This document shows positions 19,633-30,250 of a stretch of 57,121 bases of DNA, piece by piece. Source of the stretch: an uncultured Acidobacteriaceae bacterium (lineage in GTDB: Bacteria > Acidobacteriota > Terriglobia > Terriglobales > Acidobacteriaceae). The stretch spans positions 1 through 57,121 of the forward strand of contig CAWBXL010000247.1 of NCBI GenBank assembly GCA_963792305.1, read 5' to 3'. The first letter of the stretch is position 1; the number at the start of each line of letters is the position of its first letter. The notes under the pieces are model-generated. The model was not told where the DNA came from. It worked only from the letters and a program-made list of their open reading frames with translations, and did no database searches. Both the position numbers and the translations under genes were made by a program.

Positions 19633-21063
19633 TCAATGGGAGCGCGATCCGATCAGCATTCCATCGGCGACTCTCTCGACATATGCGTTAAGCCAGCAAT
19701 TAGCAGAATGACGGCCATCGAGGCGGAGTTTGAGGTAATTATCGGTTAGCGCTTCAGTCTGGCCGTTATTAAACTCATTCAGAGTAATTGCCGGAATAGT
19801 TTTCCCAACAAACGATCGCATAAATGACAATTTCTTTTCAGAGGCCAGATCGCGCAGGGTGCGATTGCGCACGCGGGCTTTTTCCACGGGAACCTGACCG
19901 GGCAGAACAGCAGCGGGCGTCCCCGGGCGCGCTGAATAAGTAAAGACGTGGAGGTAGGTGAACGGCAAATCTTGCACCATCCTCCGCGTTTCTTCAAATT
20001 CGGCATCGGTTTCGCCGGGAAAGCCTGTCATGACGTCAGCCCCAATCGCTGCATCCGGCATGGCCGCGCGAATCTTCTCGATCTTTTCCCGATAGTGCCA
20101 GGGACGGTATTTCCGATGCATCCGCCGCAGCACGGCATCGCTTCCCGATTGCATGGGAACATGCGCATGTTTCGCAATTCGCGAAGACGAAGCCATCAGA
20201 GCGATGAGTTCATCACTCCAATCCATCGGTTCAACGGAAGAGATGCGCAGTTTTTCGAGAGAAGTGCAATCTAGAATTGCGCCTACCAGGCCTTCGATTT
20301 CATAGCGGGAAGGCATGACTTCAGCCCCTGAGGTTAAATCCCGTCCCCAACGACCAAGATTGATTCCTGAAATGACAACTTCCCGATACCCCGCGCCAAC
20401 CAGGGCGTTTACTTCCGCAAGAATTCTATCCAGCGGCAACGATCTGCTTTGTCCGCGTACCGACGGAATCACACAGAAGGAGCACCGGTTATCGCATCCA
20501 TCTTGAACTTTCAAGTTAGGCCGTGTGCGCTCATTGGCAGCATCAAACACTGGAGCGGCTAGCAATTCGGTGTGCGCGAAAATGTCGGAGATATAAACTT
20601 CCGCGGGGAAAGTTTCAGCTCCCCGTTCTCGGCTGCCGGTTCCTAGTTGCTGCAATGGCACAAAACTCTGCTGAGAAATCGCCAACTCCGCTAGCTTGTG
20701 CTTGTGGGAGTTCCCAATCACCTGCGCGACGCCCGGCAGCGCCGCAATCTCCTCCGGCGCACGCTGCGCGTAGCATCCTGTCACAACAATCTTGCACTCA
20801 GGATTTTCGCGATGAATCCGCCGAATCGCCGCCCGAGCATCCTGGTCTGCTGACGCAGTCACAGTACAGGTATTCAGCACCACGAGTTCAGCGTCCGCCG
20901 CTAGAGATGCCCGTTCCATGCCCTGCGCACGGAACTGCTGCTCAATCGCAGCTCCATCAGCCTGGGTGGCGCGGCAACCGAAATTTTCTACGTAGAAGCT
21001 GGACACACCAATATCGTACCGGATGCGCGCCATCCAGTCTAAGACGCGTCGCTTTAGGGACAC
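19633..21063 (-). CDS. mtaB: Radical-SAM methylthiotransferase, MiaB/MtaB family (likely MtaB)
   Basis: The UPF0004 N-domain reads YVENFGCRATQADG..NTCTVT. The radical-SAM cluster motif is DGCDNRCSFCVIP, and the C-terminus is TRAM-like. Intact 476-aa ORF; the start may be an internal Met. Confidence 0.75.
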   Translation of the reverse strand: MSLKRRVLDWMARIRYDIGVSSFYVENFGCRATQADGAAIEQQFRAQGMERASLAADAELVVLNTCTVTASADQDARAAIRRIHRENPECKIVVTGCYAQRAPEEIAALPGVAQVIGNSHKHKLAELAISQQSFVPLQQLGTGSRERGAETFPAEVYISDIFAHTELLAAPVFDAANERTRPNLKVQDGCDNRCSFCVIPSVRGQSRSLPLDRILAEVNALVGAGYREVVISGINLGRWGRDLTSGAEVMPSRYEIEGLVGAILDCTSLEKLRISSVEPMDWSDELIALMASSSRIAKHAHVPMQSGSDAVLRRMHRKYRPWHYREKIEKIRAAMPDAAIGADVMTGFPGETDAEFEETRRMVQDLPFTYLHVFTYSARPGTPAAVLPGQVPVEKARVRNRTLRDLASEKKLSFMRSFVGKTIPAITLNEFNNGQTEALTDNYLKLRLDGRHSANCWLNAYVERVADGMLIGSRSH

Positions 21064-21153
21064 ACGTCCCCGGAACTGTATTCAGTCGGAATCGGGAAGG
21101 CGGGGGGCGAAAAGGGGAAGCCACCGATTCAGCACATCCAGCCTTCAACCAGC

Positions 21154-21465
21154 TCAGGCCGTAGCCATTTGCCGGCGTTGCTGGAAACATTCCCGGCAAA
21201 AAACAGGGCGACCCTGAGTCGGTTTGAACGGCACGGTTGTGTCCTTGCCACACTGCGAGCAACTGGTCCGTGTTTCCACACGCGAGCTCAGGTTTGGCGC
21301 GGAAATCACCGGGCCATACGATAAGGCGCGTTTGGATTTACAGTTTTTGCAACGACGGGGTTCGTTCTTGAACTGCTTATCGTGGAAAAACAGCTGCTCG
21401 CCGGCAGTGAAGATGAAGTCAGTGCTGCAGTCAATGCACTTTAATACCTTGTCCTGAAACTCCAT
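21154..21465 (-). CDS. Zinc-ribbon domain protein (CxxC x4)
   Basis: 103 aa with CIDC..CKNC and CSQC..CREC pairs, and FIFTAGEQLFFHDKQF and PVFCRECF motifs typical of small zinc-ribbon (zf-trcl-like) proteins. Confidence 0.6.
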   Translation of the reverse strand: MEFQDKVLKCIDCSTDFIFTAGEQLFFHDKQFKNEPRRCKNCKSKRALSYGPVISAPNLSSRVETRTSCSQCGKDTTVPFKPTQGRPVFCRECFQQRRQMATA

Positions 21466-21649
21466 GAGGAGATGCTCCCTTTTCAGTCCAGCTCTTATGC
21501 ATCTCCTCGCCGGAAAAGGCCTCCGCCTTCCAGCGCGCCAAGACGCGCAAGAACCTTGGACACATCCCCCTCAATTGGCTCGTGGAATTTACACCCTGGG
21601 TTCGGCCCACTCCTGCCCACGAAGGCAAGAGCTACATCTACGACAACGA

Positions 21650-21692
21650 AGAAGAAACTACTCGGGCCACCACCGGGGAACGGGGTGGCCCT
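21650..21692 (-). terminator. Putative intrinsic terminator after rpsU
   Basis: The minus strand reads GGGCCACC-ccgttcccc-GGTGGCCC (8-bp GC stem, 21664-21691) followed by gagtagtttcttcttcg, a weak U-tract. Confidence 0.4.
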
Positions 21693-21705
21693 TACTATCT
21701 TTAAA

Positions 21706-21903
21706 CTAATCTTGCTCTTTGCGAGCTTTTTTCCGGCTACGTTTCCGCGCCAAAGCTTCTTTGACACGTTTCTTTTCGCCGGGTTTCAGGTAAAAGGAGT
21801 GGCGTTTAACTTCCTTGATGATGTCTTCCTGCTGCACTTTGCGTTTAAAACGCCGTAGTGCATTTTCTAGACTTTCACCTTCTTGGATTCTTACTTCTGC
21901 CAA
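21706..21903 (-). CDS. rpsU: 30S ribosomal protein S21
   Basis: (TTG)AEVRIQEGESLENALRRFKRKVQQEDIIKEVKRHSFYLKPGEKKR, 65 aa. Confidence 0.9.
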   Translation of the reverse strand: MAEVRIQEGESLENALRRFKRKVQQEDIIKEVKRHSFYLKPGEKKRVKEALARKRSRKKARKEQD

Positions 21904-21980
21904 CTAGCCACACCCCCAAACCGGTCCCATTTGGACTGTTTAGTTATGTCAAGGTTCTGACTCTAAGTCAAGTCCACTTC

Positions 21981-24900
21981 TCAATAAATCAGCTTCAATG
22001 CTAACTGCAATTGCCGGGGAGCGTAGGCATCGGTGGCTTTCAGAAAGTTAGTTTGCTGCCGGAATTGCGCCGGGAAAACATTGATTCCAATGCGGTTATC
22101 GATTGGTACAAATTGTCCGGCATTGTTCAGAAAGCCATTGCTGGTGGCGTCCACTTTCTGATTGTCACGATTAAGCAGATTGAAAGATTCGACGATAAGA
22201 TCCAATTTGATTTTGTCATTCAGATAAATGCGTCGCGTCAGGCGCAAGTCGGTAGTGGAGTAGTCAGGGCCGATAAAAGAATTACGCGATACGCCGGGCA
22301 AACGATCGTTGAGAGAGTTGTCATCCTGGTTAGCGTCGCCAACCACATGCGCATCCACCGGACGCCCGCTGCCGTAAGTGAAAACTCCCGCGAGCTTCCA
22401 GCTGTTGAATAACTTTCCCAGCACAGCATGTTCGCGGTCGAAGGGACGCGGCTCCGCAATCCAGGAAAACGCCAGCCGGTTGCGCTGGTCAGTGACGCTA
22501 GGCCCGCGTTCCGCATTTGGGGCATATGAATTTTGTACGGTCGCGGGTTGTCCGGCGACCAGCGCATCCTGTCCGTCATCAATCGCTTTGGCGTAAGTGT
22601 AAGCAAGGCGGAAATAAAGTCCGTGCGTCATGCGGCGGCGGAGGGAAATTGTAATTCCCTGATAAGTGCTCGATGCAGCGCTCTCAAAAACATTCACCGC
22701 GCCTAGTTGCGAGATTGGTCGTATTAGCGGATTGATGCAAGGCGGAATCGGGCAGGTGGCCGAACGCGAAAATTGCGCGGTGGAAAATGAATCAACTGTG
22801 TCGTAGGTCCCGAGGAAGTTGCTCCCGGTCTGATCGAATACCGGATACTGCACCTCCGTTGGCGGCGGCAGATTGATATCACGCGCTCGGATCAAATGCT
22901 CGCCGTGAACATACATCAGAGAAACTCCCGCAGCCATGCGTTCAGCAAACTCTCGCTCGATGCTCAGGCTGGCCTGCTCTACATGCGGCGTCTGAAAATC
23001 ATGGGCAAAAGCAGAAACATCATTTTGTATGAAGCTGGCAAGGCTGGCCGGAGCCAGGCAGATAGTCGCAGTTAAAGGGCACGCATTTACAGCATTGGGA
23101 TATTGCGGAAAAACCTGATGATCAAAAAAATGCGCATTGTCTAAAAAACAGGTGACCGTTATTAATTCCGTTTTCGTTTTCAATCGTTGAAGTATAGATC
23201 TGCGGTATACGTGTATAGAAAATTCCGTATCCAGCACGAATCACAAGTGGACGTTTATCGCCGACTGAATAAGCCAGCCCGATCCGTGGCGTAAAATTAT
23301 TCGGATCATGCGGCACCTTTCCGGAATCAGGCCATAGAGGATTAGAAACCAGGGCCTTCAAATTGAAATTCTGTAGGTCATAGCGCGCCCCCAGGCTCAA
23401 AGCAAAATGATTCGTTACGCGAATTGTGTCCTGCACAAAAGCCGCATATTCATTGGTGTCTGGGTGAGTCACGGCTGAGCCAAAGTTCTGTATGTAATAT
23501 CGTGGCAAATTGTAGGCATAGGCGCGCAGTGGAGTCAGCGCCAATCCACCGACTTGCGGCTGAAAAGTATCATTGTTCACTTTGATAGTGTCGAAAAAAT
23601 ATTCTCCTCCAAACAATGATGGAAAAAAATTGTAAGTCTTGGTCATCAACATGTCCCCGCCGAACTTCCACGAATGCCGGCCTCCGCTCAGGCTGAGCGT
23701 TTCGGTGAGGTGCAGCCGCCGTTCATTGGTATTACGCGGCAGCAGGGAAGACCGTCCAAAGCCATCCAATACTCCATAAATTCGTGTAAGTGGTGCATCC
23801 GAGTTGCTGCTTGACCATTGCAGGTCCCGCGAAAATTGCGCCCGCAGATGGCTGATCAATTTCCCGGACAAGGCACTGGTCAAAGCCAGTGATGCAGTTT
23901 GGGTTGTGACTTGCTCCTCGCCATTGTCACTGGTTGCGAAAGAAGTCAGCGGGCTGGTGGGATCAAGGAAAACATTGTTGGCGCCGTAATAACGCGATGT
24001 GTTGACTCGCGCGGTAACTTGGTTCCGCGGCGTGAGCGAAAAATCCAGCTTGAAGAACCCGGTATTCCCCAGCATGCGCGCAGGAAAATTCCCCGCCATG
24101 GTGCTGAGTTGCGCCGCGGCTGCAAATACCTTGTCCTGGTCGTAACTTTCATAGTCCCCGTTATGCAGCGGCTCCGCACCTTTCTTCGGGACCAACACCG
24201 AGCTTCCATCCAAAAAACGGACTACAGTCGGAACATGAAATACATGCTGATCGTATCCGGCATAGAAAAATGCCCGATTGCGTTTGATCGGCCCGCCAAA
24301 AGTCCCGCCAAACTGGGTCTGCTGATCTTTGGGTTTGAACGTCATAAAAGGATGCTGGGCATCCAACGCGCTATTCCGTATATAGGCAAATCCAGTCCCA
24401 TGAAAATGATTGGAGCCAGACTTCGTAACAACATTGACCACGGCCCCGCCGGCGCGTCCTAACTCAGCCCCATAAGTATTCGACGAAACCCGAAACTCCT
24501 GTACCACTTCATTGGAAAATTGATAAGGCGCGCGATACCGCCCGCGGGCCTGCGAAAAAAATCCATTATTATTGTCCGCGCCATCCACCAGATAACTCGA
24601 CTGAAACCCGCGAATCCCGCCAAATGACAGATCTCCATTGGAGGAGGAAGTAAGCCCGCGCGGGTCCTGCGAAACTCCCGGAGTCAACAAAGCCAGATCC
24701 GTAAACCGCCGTCCATTCAGCGGTAACTCCTGAATCGCACGTTCATCCACCACCGCAGAAACCGCGTTGGGCTGGGTTTCCACCAAAGGAGGTTCCCCGG
24801 AAACCGTGACTGTCTCTTTAACTCCTGCGATGCTGAGCTTGAACTCCACTGTCACTGCACCGCCGACCTCGGCACGCAAATGTTCTGCCAGTTGCGGAGA

Positions 24901-25155
24901 CATCCGCTCGGCTTCAGCTCGCCCCGAGTATTCCCCCGGAGGCAGCAAGTCAAAAGTAAACCGTCCATCAGAATCGGTAATTGCGGAGTAGCGAAACCCG
25001 GTAGCGCTACTGACAAACACGACCGAAGCGTTAGGAATTCTGCCGCCAGAAGAATCGGAAACCACGCCGCGAATAGCGCCGGTAGAGGCGTCCTGCGCAA
25101 ACCCAGCAGCAACTATGAGAAGAGAGCAGAGAAAAAGACGGCCAGAGTGCAGCAT
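21981..25155 (-). CDS. TonB-dependent receptor with N-terminal carboxypeptidase-regulatory-like domain; one frameshift in an A6/T6 run
   Basis: ORF 23122..25155 has a signal peptide, a CarboxypepD_reg domain (GAIRGVVSDSSGGRIPNASVVFVS..TDSDGRFTFDLLPPGEY) and a plug (PLNGRRFTDLALLTPGV). ORF 21981..23237 is the rest of the beta-barrel, ending ..LQLALKLIY. The frames join as ..NNGHLF/LDNAHFFDH at homopolymer 23143-23148. Confidence 0.75.
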
Positions 25156-25320
25156 GGAATGTCACCTGTATGTGAAATAGGTGAAGTCCAGACCTCTGAC
25201 GAGAGACTCTTCTATATCACTAGAGAGGGTGACTTGTCAGTGACGAATGAGATTTGATTGAAGGGTTGTTCCAAGATGGGAAATGCGTTTAGGTCTCACC
25301 CAGCACCGCAAACCACGTTA

Positions 25321-25701
25321 CTATTTCCGCGGCGGATCCATCGCCCAATCCAAATAAAGCCACAACACCCGGGCAAACAGCGTAATCGGCCACACCAACG
25401 GCAGAAACAACAGGGAGGACCAGCCAACAATCTTAACAATCCCCCACGGAGTCACCGCCCACAACACCATGGCAATTAGTGCGATGCTCGCTACCCCCAG
25501 CCCATAGCTGATATACATCGCTCCCAAAAAATATCCGGGCTCGCGCTCAAACTTCAGGTCGCAGACCGGACAACGCTCATACATCCTGGGCCAGCGGTAA
25601 ACGCGAAAGATATAGTCACTAAAAATTCTTCCCGTCCGGCAGCGGGGGCAAAGCTGCTGAATCATGCAGCGCAGAGTGGATGGATTTGGGGAAGATGGCA
25701 T
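25321..25701 (-). CDS. DUF983 family membrane protein
   Basis: CPRCRTGRIFS..ERCPVCDLKFEREPGYFLGAMYISY is followed by two TM helices. Intact 126 aa. Confidence 0.7.
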   Translation of the reverse strand: MPSSPNPSTLRCMIQQLCPRCRTGRIFSDYIFRVYRWPRMYERCPVCDLKFEREPGYFLGAMYISYGLGVASIALIAMVLWAVTPWGIVKIVGWSSLLFLPLVWPITLFARVLWLYLDWAMDPPRK

Positions 25702-25840
25702 CCGCCAAGAATTTTAGCTGAGCAGCTACCACGAAAGCTTACACTTCATCATTTATGCTCTCCATTCAGCAGGTGTAGAATGGCCGCGATCATCGGAGTC
25801 AAATCGAAAATTCCTGCGCGATTCAATCTCAGCTCCTGCC

Positions 25841-27183
25841 ATGAACAAGAGAACTTTTCTCAAGCTGTCCTCAGCTGTGATGGCAAGCCGTTTCGTTTCG
25901 CCTTTATTTGCCTGGATGCCAACTGAAAAATTAACCAACTGGTCGGGCAATCTCGAATACAGCAGCCAGCAGTTAACCAACGCGGCGTCTCTGGACCAGG
26001 CGCAGGACTTCGTCCGCAAGCACAAAAAAATCAAAGTGCTGGGGACGCGCCATTGTTTCAACAACATCGCCGACAGCAAGGATGAGTTGCTTTCGTTGCG
26101 GCAGATGGATGAGGTTGTGGAGATCGATGGCAAAGCCAAAACCGTAACGGTGGAATCCGGCATCAGCTACGGCAAGCTGGCTCCTTATCTAGATAGCAAG
26201 GGATTCGCGCTCCACAATTTGGCGTCGCTGCCGCACATCTCTATCGCCGGAGCATGCAGCACAGCTACCCACGGATCAGGTGAAAAGAACGGCAACTTGT
26301 CTTCGGCGGTAGCAGGGCTGGAATTCATCAATGCCGCTGGTGACATAGTAAAGCTGTCTCGCGCAAAAGATGGAGAAATTTTCAACGGAGCTGTCGTAGG
26401 CCTAGGCGCGCTAGGCGTGATCACAAAAATCACGCTCGACATTCAACCTACTTACACAATGAAACAGTGGGTCTATGAAAACCTCCCGCTGGCGCAATTC
26501 AAGCAACACTTCGACGCCATAGAAGCCAGTGCCTATAGCATCAGCCTGTTTACCGACTGGCAAAATCAAAAATTCTCCGAAGTCTGGATCAAGAGCCGCA
26601 CAGAATCAGGCCACGAGTTCCCTGCACCTAAAGATTTCTACGGAGCACCCCGGCGGCAAAAAATCTCCACCCAATTGTCGAACTCGGCGCCGAAAACTGT
26701 ACCGAGCAACTAGGGATTCCTGGGCCCTGGTACGAACGTCTCCCACACTTCCGCATGGGATTCACCCCCAGCGCTGGTAAAGAACTGCAATCCGAATTTT
26801 TTGTCCCGAGGCAAAATGCGGTTGATGCGATTTTGGCGATAGAAAAACTGCGCGACCAAATCACCCCGCACCTGATGATCTCTGAAATCCGCACCATCGC
26901 CGCCGACAATCTCTGGATGAGCCCCGCCTATAAACAACCTTGCGTGGCGATTCACTTTACGTGGAAGCAAGACTGGCCGAACGTAAGCAAGCTGCTCCCG
27001 GTAATAGAAAAAGAATTAGCCCCGTTCAAAGGAAGACCGCACTGGGGAAAGCTGTTCACTACAAGCCCGCATATACTGAAAGATATTTATAAAAAGATGC
27101 CAGACTTCATCGAGTTGGCCAAGAAGTACGATCCAAAAGGAAAATTTAGAAACGACTTTCTGAACAGAAATATCTTCGGATAA
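25841..27183 (+). CDS. FAD-linked oxidase, D-arabinono-1,4-lactone/alditol oxidase family; one frameshift near 26690-26750
   Basis: ORF 25841..26713 reads NWSGNLEYSS..KVLGTRHCFNNIAD..ESGISYG..LPHISIAGACSTATHGSG (FAD_binding_4). ORF 26755..27183 reads FFVPRQNAVDAI..AIHFTWKQDW..RPHWGKLF (ALO domain). Confidence 0.75.
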
Positions 27184-27199
27184 AACCGTAGGATTTGAA

Positions 27200-27595
27200 G
27201 TGCCCCAAAGAACTGCCAAGCATCAAAAGCTGATGCCGCCGTACAATCCCAACCCGAAACCCGGCCCCAGGCTAGTAGTCAGCAACCCACGCCCGCAAAT
27301 TCACGACCAACTCCTGGATGCCATCACCACCCGCCACCAGATCGCTTTTATATATCAAGGCAAGTCCAGAATCGCTGAGCCGCACGACTATGGAATGCAA
27401 AACGGACAAGCTCGCCTTCTGTCCTTCCAAATCGGCGGACAGAGCGGCTCCGGGCGCCTGCCGAACTGGCGAATGTTCGACGTAAACCAAATGTCCAACT
27501 TCAAAGTGCTGGACGAAACTTTTCCCGGCAACCGTCCCGCCAAGCAACATTACCAGTGGGACAAGCTCTTCATCCGGGTAGGCGAGCCAGAGTAG
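27200..27595 (+). CDS. Hypothetical protein, possibly a WYL-like beta-barrel
   Basis: 131 aa. IAFIYQGKSRIAEPHDYGMQNGQARLLSFQIGGQSGSG..WRMFDVNQMSNFKVLDETF follows the WYL-domain pattern (R-x-x-x-P..aromatic-L..R-x-F-x-hydrophobic..I..F). The call rests only on pattern resemblance. Confidence 0.3.
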   Translation: MPQRTAKHQKLMPPYNPNPKPGPRLVVSNPRPQIHDQLLDAITTRHQIAFIYQGKSRIAEPHDYGMQNGQARLLSFQIGGQSGSGRLPNWRMFDVNQMSNFKVLDETFPGNRPAKQHYQWDKLFIRVGEPE

Positions 27596-27598
27596 AAG

Positions 27599-27808
27599 TT
27601 AAGCTGCCTTCGCCGCATCCCACTTAGGCTTCATCTCCCGGCCCCACTTCTTAGGGTCTTCGTTGTGCATCTTCTCCATCGCTTGAGCTGTATCCGGATG
27701 GTTCTGCATAACATGCTTCGTCATGCTCTGCACCATCTCATCCCATGAATTGGCTGATAGCTTTTGATCGCAGGGTCCACCGAGTTGACGGCAAGTCATA
27801 GTTTTCAT
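27599..27808 (-). CDS. DUF1059 domain protein
   Basis: MKTMTCRQLGGPCDQKLSANSWDEMVQSMTKHVMQNHPD..MEKMHNEDPKKW. I place the start at the ATG at 27808 rather than the 134-aa ORF start, whose N-terminal half overlaps the next gene. Confidence 0.65.
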   Translation of the reverse strand: MKTMTCRQLGGPCDQKLSANSWDEMVQSMTKHVMQNHPDTAQAMEKMHNEDPKKWGREMKPKWDAAKAA

Positions 27809-27945
27809 GCATTTTGGAGGACAAACGGATAGGGAGAGGTTGCAAACGCGGTCGCAATTTAACCGGCAAGGTCTATTTTCAGAACCCACCTGGAATTCCG
27901 CGTTCTCTATACGAAATTCCAAGTGGATCTTGGATGACACAACCT

Positions 27946-29736
27946 TCACTGAGTAACGTGAATGGTCTCGGACTGACTCAACTGTTGACCGCTCGCACCC
28001 CACCCTTTCACCGTGAGACTATGGGCCCCCGGCGCCAGCGTGAATGGACGATCAATAAAGTTGTCCCCCCTTACATCATCGTTGAACACAAGTTGATGAT
28101 CGATGTAAACCTGCATCGAAGTGGGTAGGTCGGTGGTACCACTCGCTGCAAACACTCTCACCGGCGATTTCACACTAGCATTCTGTGCAGGAGCGCAAAG
28201 GTGGAGCGTGTCCGAGGCCGTCGAACACACTTGCCCCGCCGTCCCGTTATAGATAGTGACTCGACGTACGCTGCGGAAGTTTTTGCCACTCGAATCCCAA
28301 GCCTTCACCGACAACAAGTGATCTCCTGTCGGCAAGGCAACAGTCGTATCCAGATTGGCTGCCTTAGTCGTGCTTTTAAGCTGCCCATCCACATAGATCT
28401 GCATTGAGGTAATCGTATGTGCTGTGTCCGTGGCTTTTGCCACAACATGCAGCGGCGACGTCGAATAAGTGTCTGCCGCAGGCTGGCAAACTGTCACCGA
28501 GGGAGACATCGTGCTTGCCGTACATGCCGAGCGCGGAAATGCATTCAACGACGTCGTCAGTCCACCGGTGCCGGGATTTACAAAATCCGGGCGGCCGTCG
28601 CGATTCAAATCCACCGGTATAACCGTTCCCCCTCCAATCTCCTTCGAGAGAATAAAATTTATCGGGAAATCAAACGTACCATCGGGTTTGCCCAAGGCAA
28701 CACGCAACACTGGCTCAATCTGTGGTGTCATAAGCACAACGTCGTTGAGCCCATCTCCATTCACATCAGCCACAGTGGGACGCGTCGGGGTAAACAGCTG
28801 CCCTGGCGGCAGAAGGTACGAAACTTTAAGGGTCCGCAAACTTCCCTGACTGAGGTAGACCGCATATCCTCCCTGGCAAGGACTGTTGTTCGGCGGACAG
28901 TCTCCTTGAAGTGTGATGATGAAATCGGTAAATCCATCCTGGTTTACATCCACCGCGGCATAATCAGCAATGAGCGGACCGGTTTGCAAATTTTCGCTCA
29001 CAACATCTTTTTGTTGGAACGTGAAATTGCCGTTATTAAACATCACAGCCGTATGAACAGGGTCGGTGAGAATCAAGTCTGGACGCCCGTCGCCATCGAA
29101 GTCCCCCACGTGAAGGCCGGACAGACCATACGGATCTCCTGACGTATTGGTGGCGGTAATCACTTTCGCAGGACCGAACCCGGCATCGCCGTCTCCGGGC
29201 AAGATGTAAATCATATTGCTCGACGAAACAGCCAAATCAACTTTGCCGTCGCCATTGAAATCAGCGGCGACGATCGCACCTGGGACTACACCGGCAGGCA
29301 AGGTCACCGGCTGCTCAATTTGAAAAGTTCCATCTCCGTTCCCGAGCAGAAGATCAATCGAATTGGGCACAGAGCCGGCACCGCCCCTAATCAGCGCAAC
29401 ATCAAGATGGCCGCTAGGCGTGAACTTCGCGACCGTTAGTGCTCCGCCATCGCCTTGCGAAAGAGTCACCGAACTAAGAAATGAGAGGCCTCCTTGCGAA
29501 TTACTCAGCCCAACCATCACCCCTTCGGAAGTCGCGAAGATCACATCAGGGATTCCATCTTCGTTAAAATCTCCGCGGTTCCCGTCAAACAGGTCCGAGT
29601 TCTCATAATTGTGCGTCATCAAGTTTTGCGCGTTTAGAGAAATTGTGGCGAGAAGAAGAATGAGAGAGACGAAGAGGGACTTGCACACTACGCACTTCAT
29701 AAAGACCTCACATCCGTTTTTCGATCGGAGCCCCAT
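27946..29736 (-). CDS. Secreted FG-GAP/VCBS repeat protein with C-terminal Ig-like domains
   Basis: Repeated D-x-N/D-x-D-G-x-x-D motifs are present: FNEDGIPDV, ADFNGDGKVDLAV, GDFDGDGRPDLIL, VDVNQDGFTDF, ADVNGDGLNDVV and VDLNRDGRPDF. The signal peptide is MKCVVCKSLFVSLILLLATISLNA, so the true start is probably near 29700. Confidence 0.8.
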   Translation of the reverse strand: MGLRSKNGCEVFMKCVVCKSLFVSLILLLATISLNAQNLMTHNYENSDLFDGNRGDFNEDGIPDVIFATSEGVMVGLSNSQGGLSFLSSVTLSQGDGGALTVAKFTPSGHLDVALIRGGAGSVPNSIDLLLGNGDGTFQIEQPVTLPAGVVPGAIVAADFNGDGKVDLAVSSSNMIYILPGDGDAGFGPAKVITATNTSGDPYGLSGLHVGDFDGDGRPDLILTDPVHTAVMFNNGNFTFQQKDVVSENLQTGPLIADYAAVDVNQDGFTDFIITLQGDCPPNNSPCQGGYAVYLSQGSLRTLKVSYLLPPGQLFTPTRPTVADVNGDGLNDVVLMTPQIEPVLRVALGKPDGTFDFPINFILSKEIGGGTVIPVDLNRDGRPDFVNPGTGGLTTSLNAFPRSACTASTMSPSVTVCQPAADTYSTSPLHVVAKATDTAHTITSMQIYVDGQLKSTTKAANLDTTVALPTGDHLLSVKAWDSSGKNFRSVRRVTIYNGTAGQVCSTASDTLHLCAPAQNASVKSPVRVFAASGTTDLPTSMQVYIDHQLVFNDDVRGDNFIDRPFTLAPGAHSLTVKGWGASGQQLSQSETIHVTQ

Positions 29737-30250
29737 GAGGGAACGTGTAGCGGCTTCATAGATGAAAGTGCGGTTGGGAAAGTTGGATGGAAAAAATCTT
29801 TACAATAAGTTGGCGATCTAAACTACAACTTTCTGCTTAAGGTCTGGTTCGTTTGGCGCCGACTTAGCGGCTTTTAACGGGCATCTTAGACTTCTTTGAT
29901 TATCTTCGGCTGTCGTCAATGACAGAGTGTCCATTTCCGTGTCCATCTTTTGGACTATTCAGTCTGAATTCGGTACTACTGCTGCGATCGAGAGCGAATT
30001 TTCCCCGCATTTACAATCGGCACTCCACATGCTTCACCATCTCAGGGCTCGCGACGAAAGAAGGGGTTTGCTCACCAATGCTCGACGCGAACGATGTGGG
30101 GGCCCGGGCCTGTGGTGCTTCCGAACGAGCCCAGTATATCTTTTGACTCAGATAAAAAAGCGCGGCGGCAACAGCATGGAATCAGCTACCGCCTGGGCAT
30201 TGAGAGGGCCTCGCTTTACCGCATTTTTAGTGTGAATAGCATAAGAGTCG

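Noticed and set aside
27599-28003. Full 134-aa version of the DUF1059 ORF
   Set aside because: The N-terminal 65 residues overlap the 3' end of the FG-GAP gene and show no conservation pattern. The DUF1059 domain starts at the internal Met (27808).
28417-29142. 241-aa + strand ORF, and 28469..28849
   Set aside because: These are antisense to the FG-GAP repeat protein gene, which has strong repeated D-x-D-G-x-x-D motifs. They have no features of their own.
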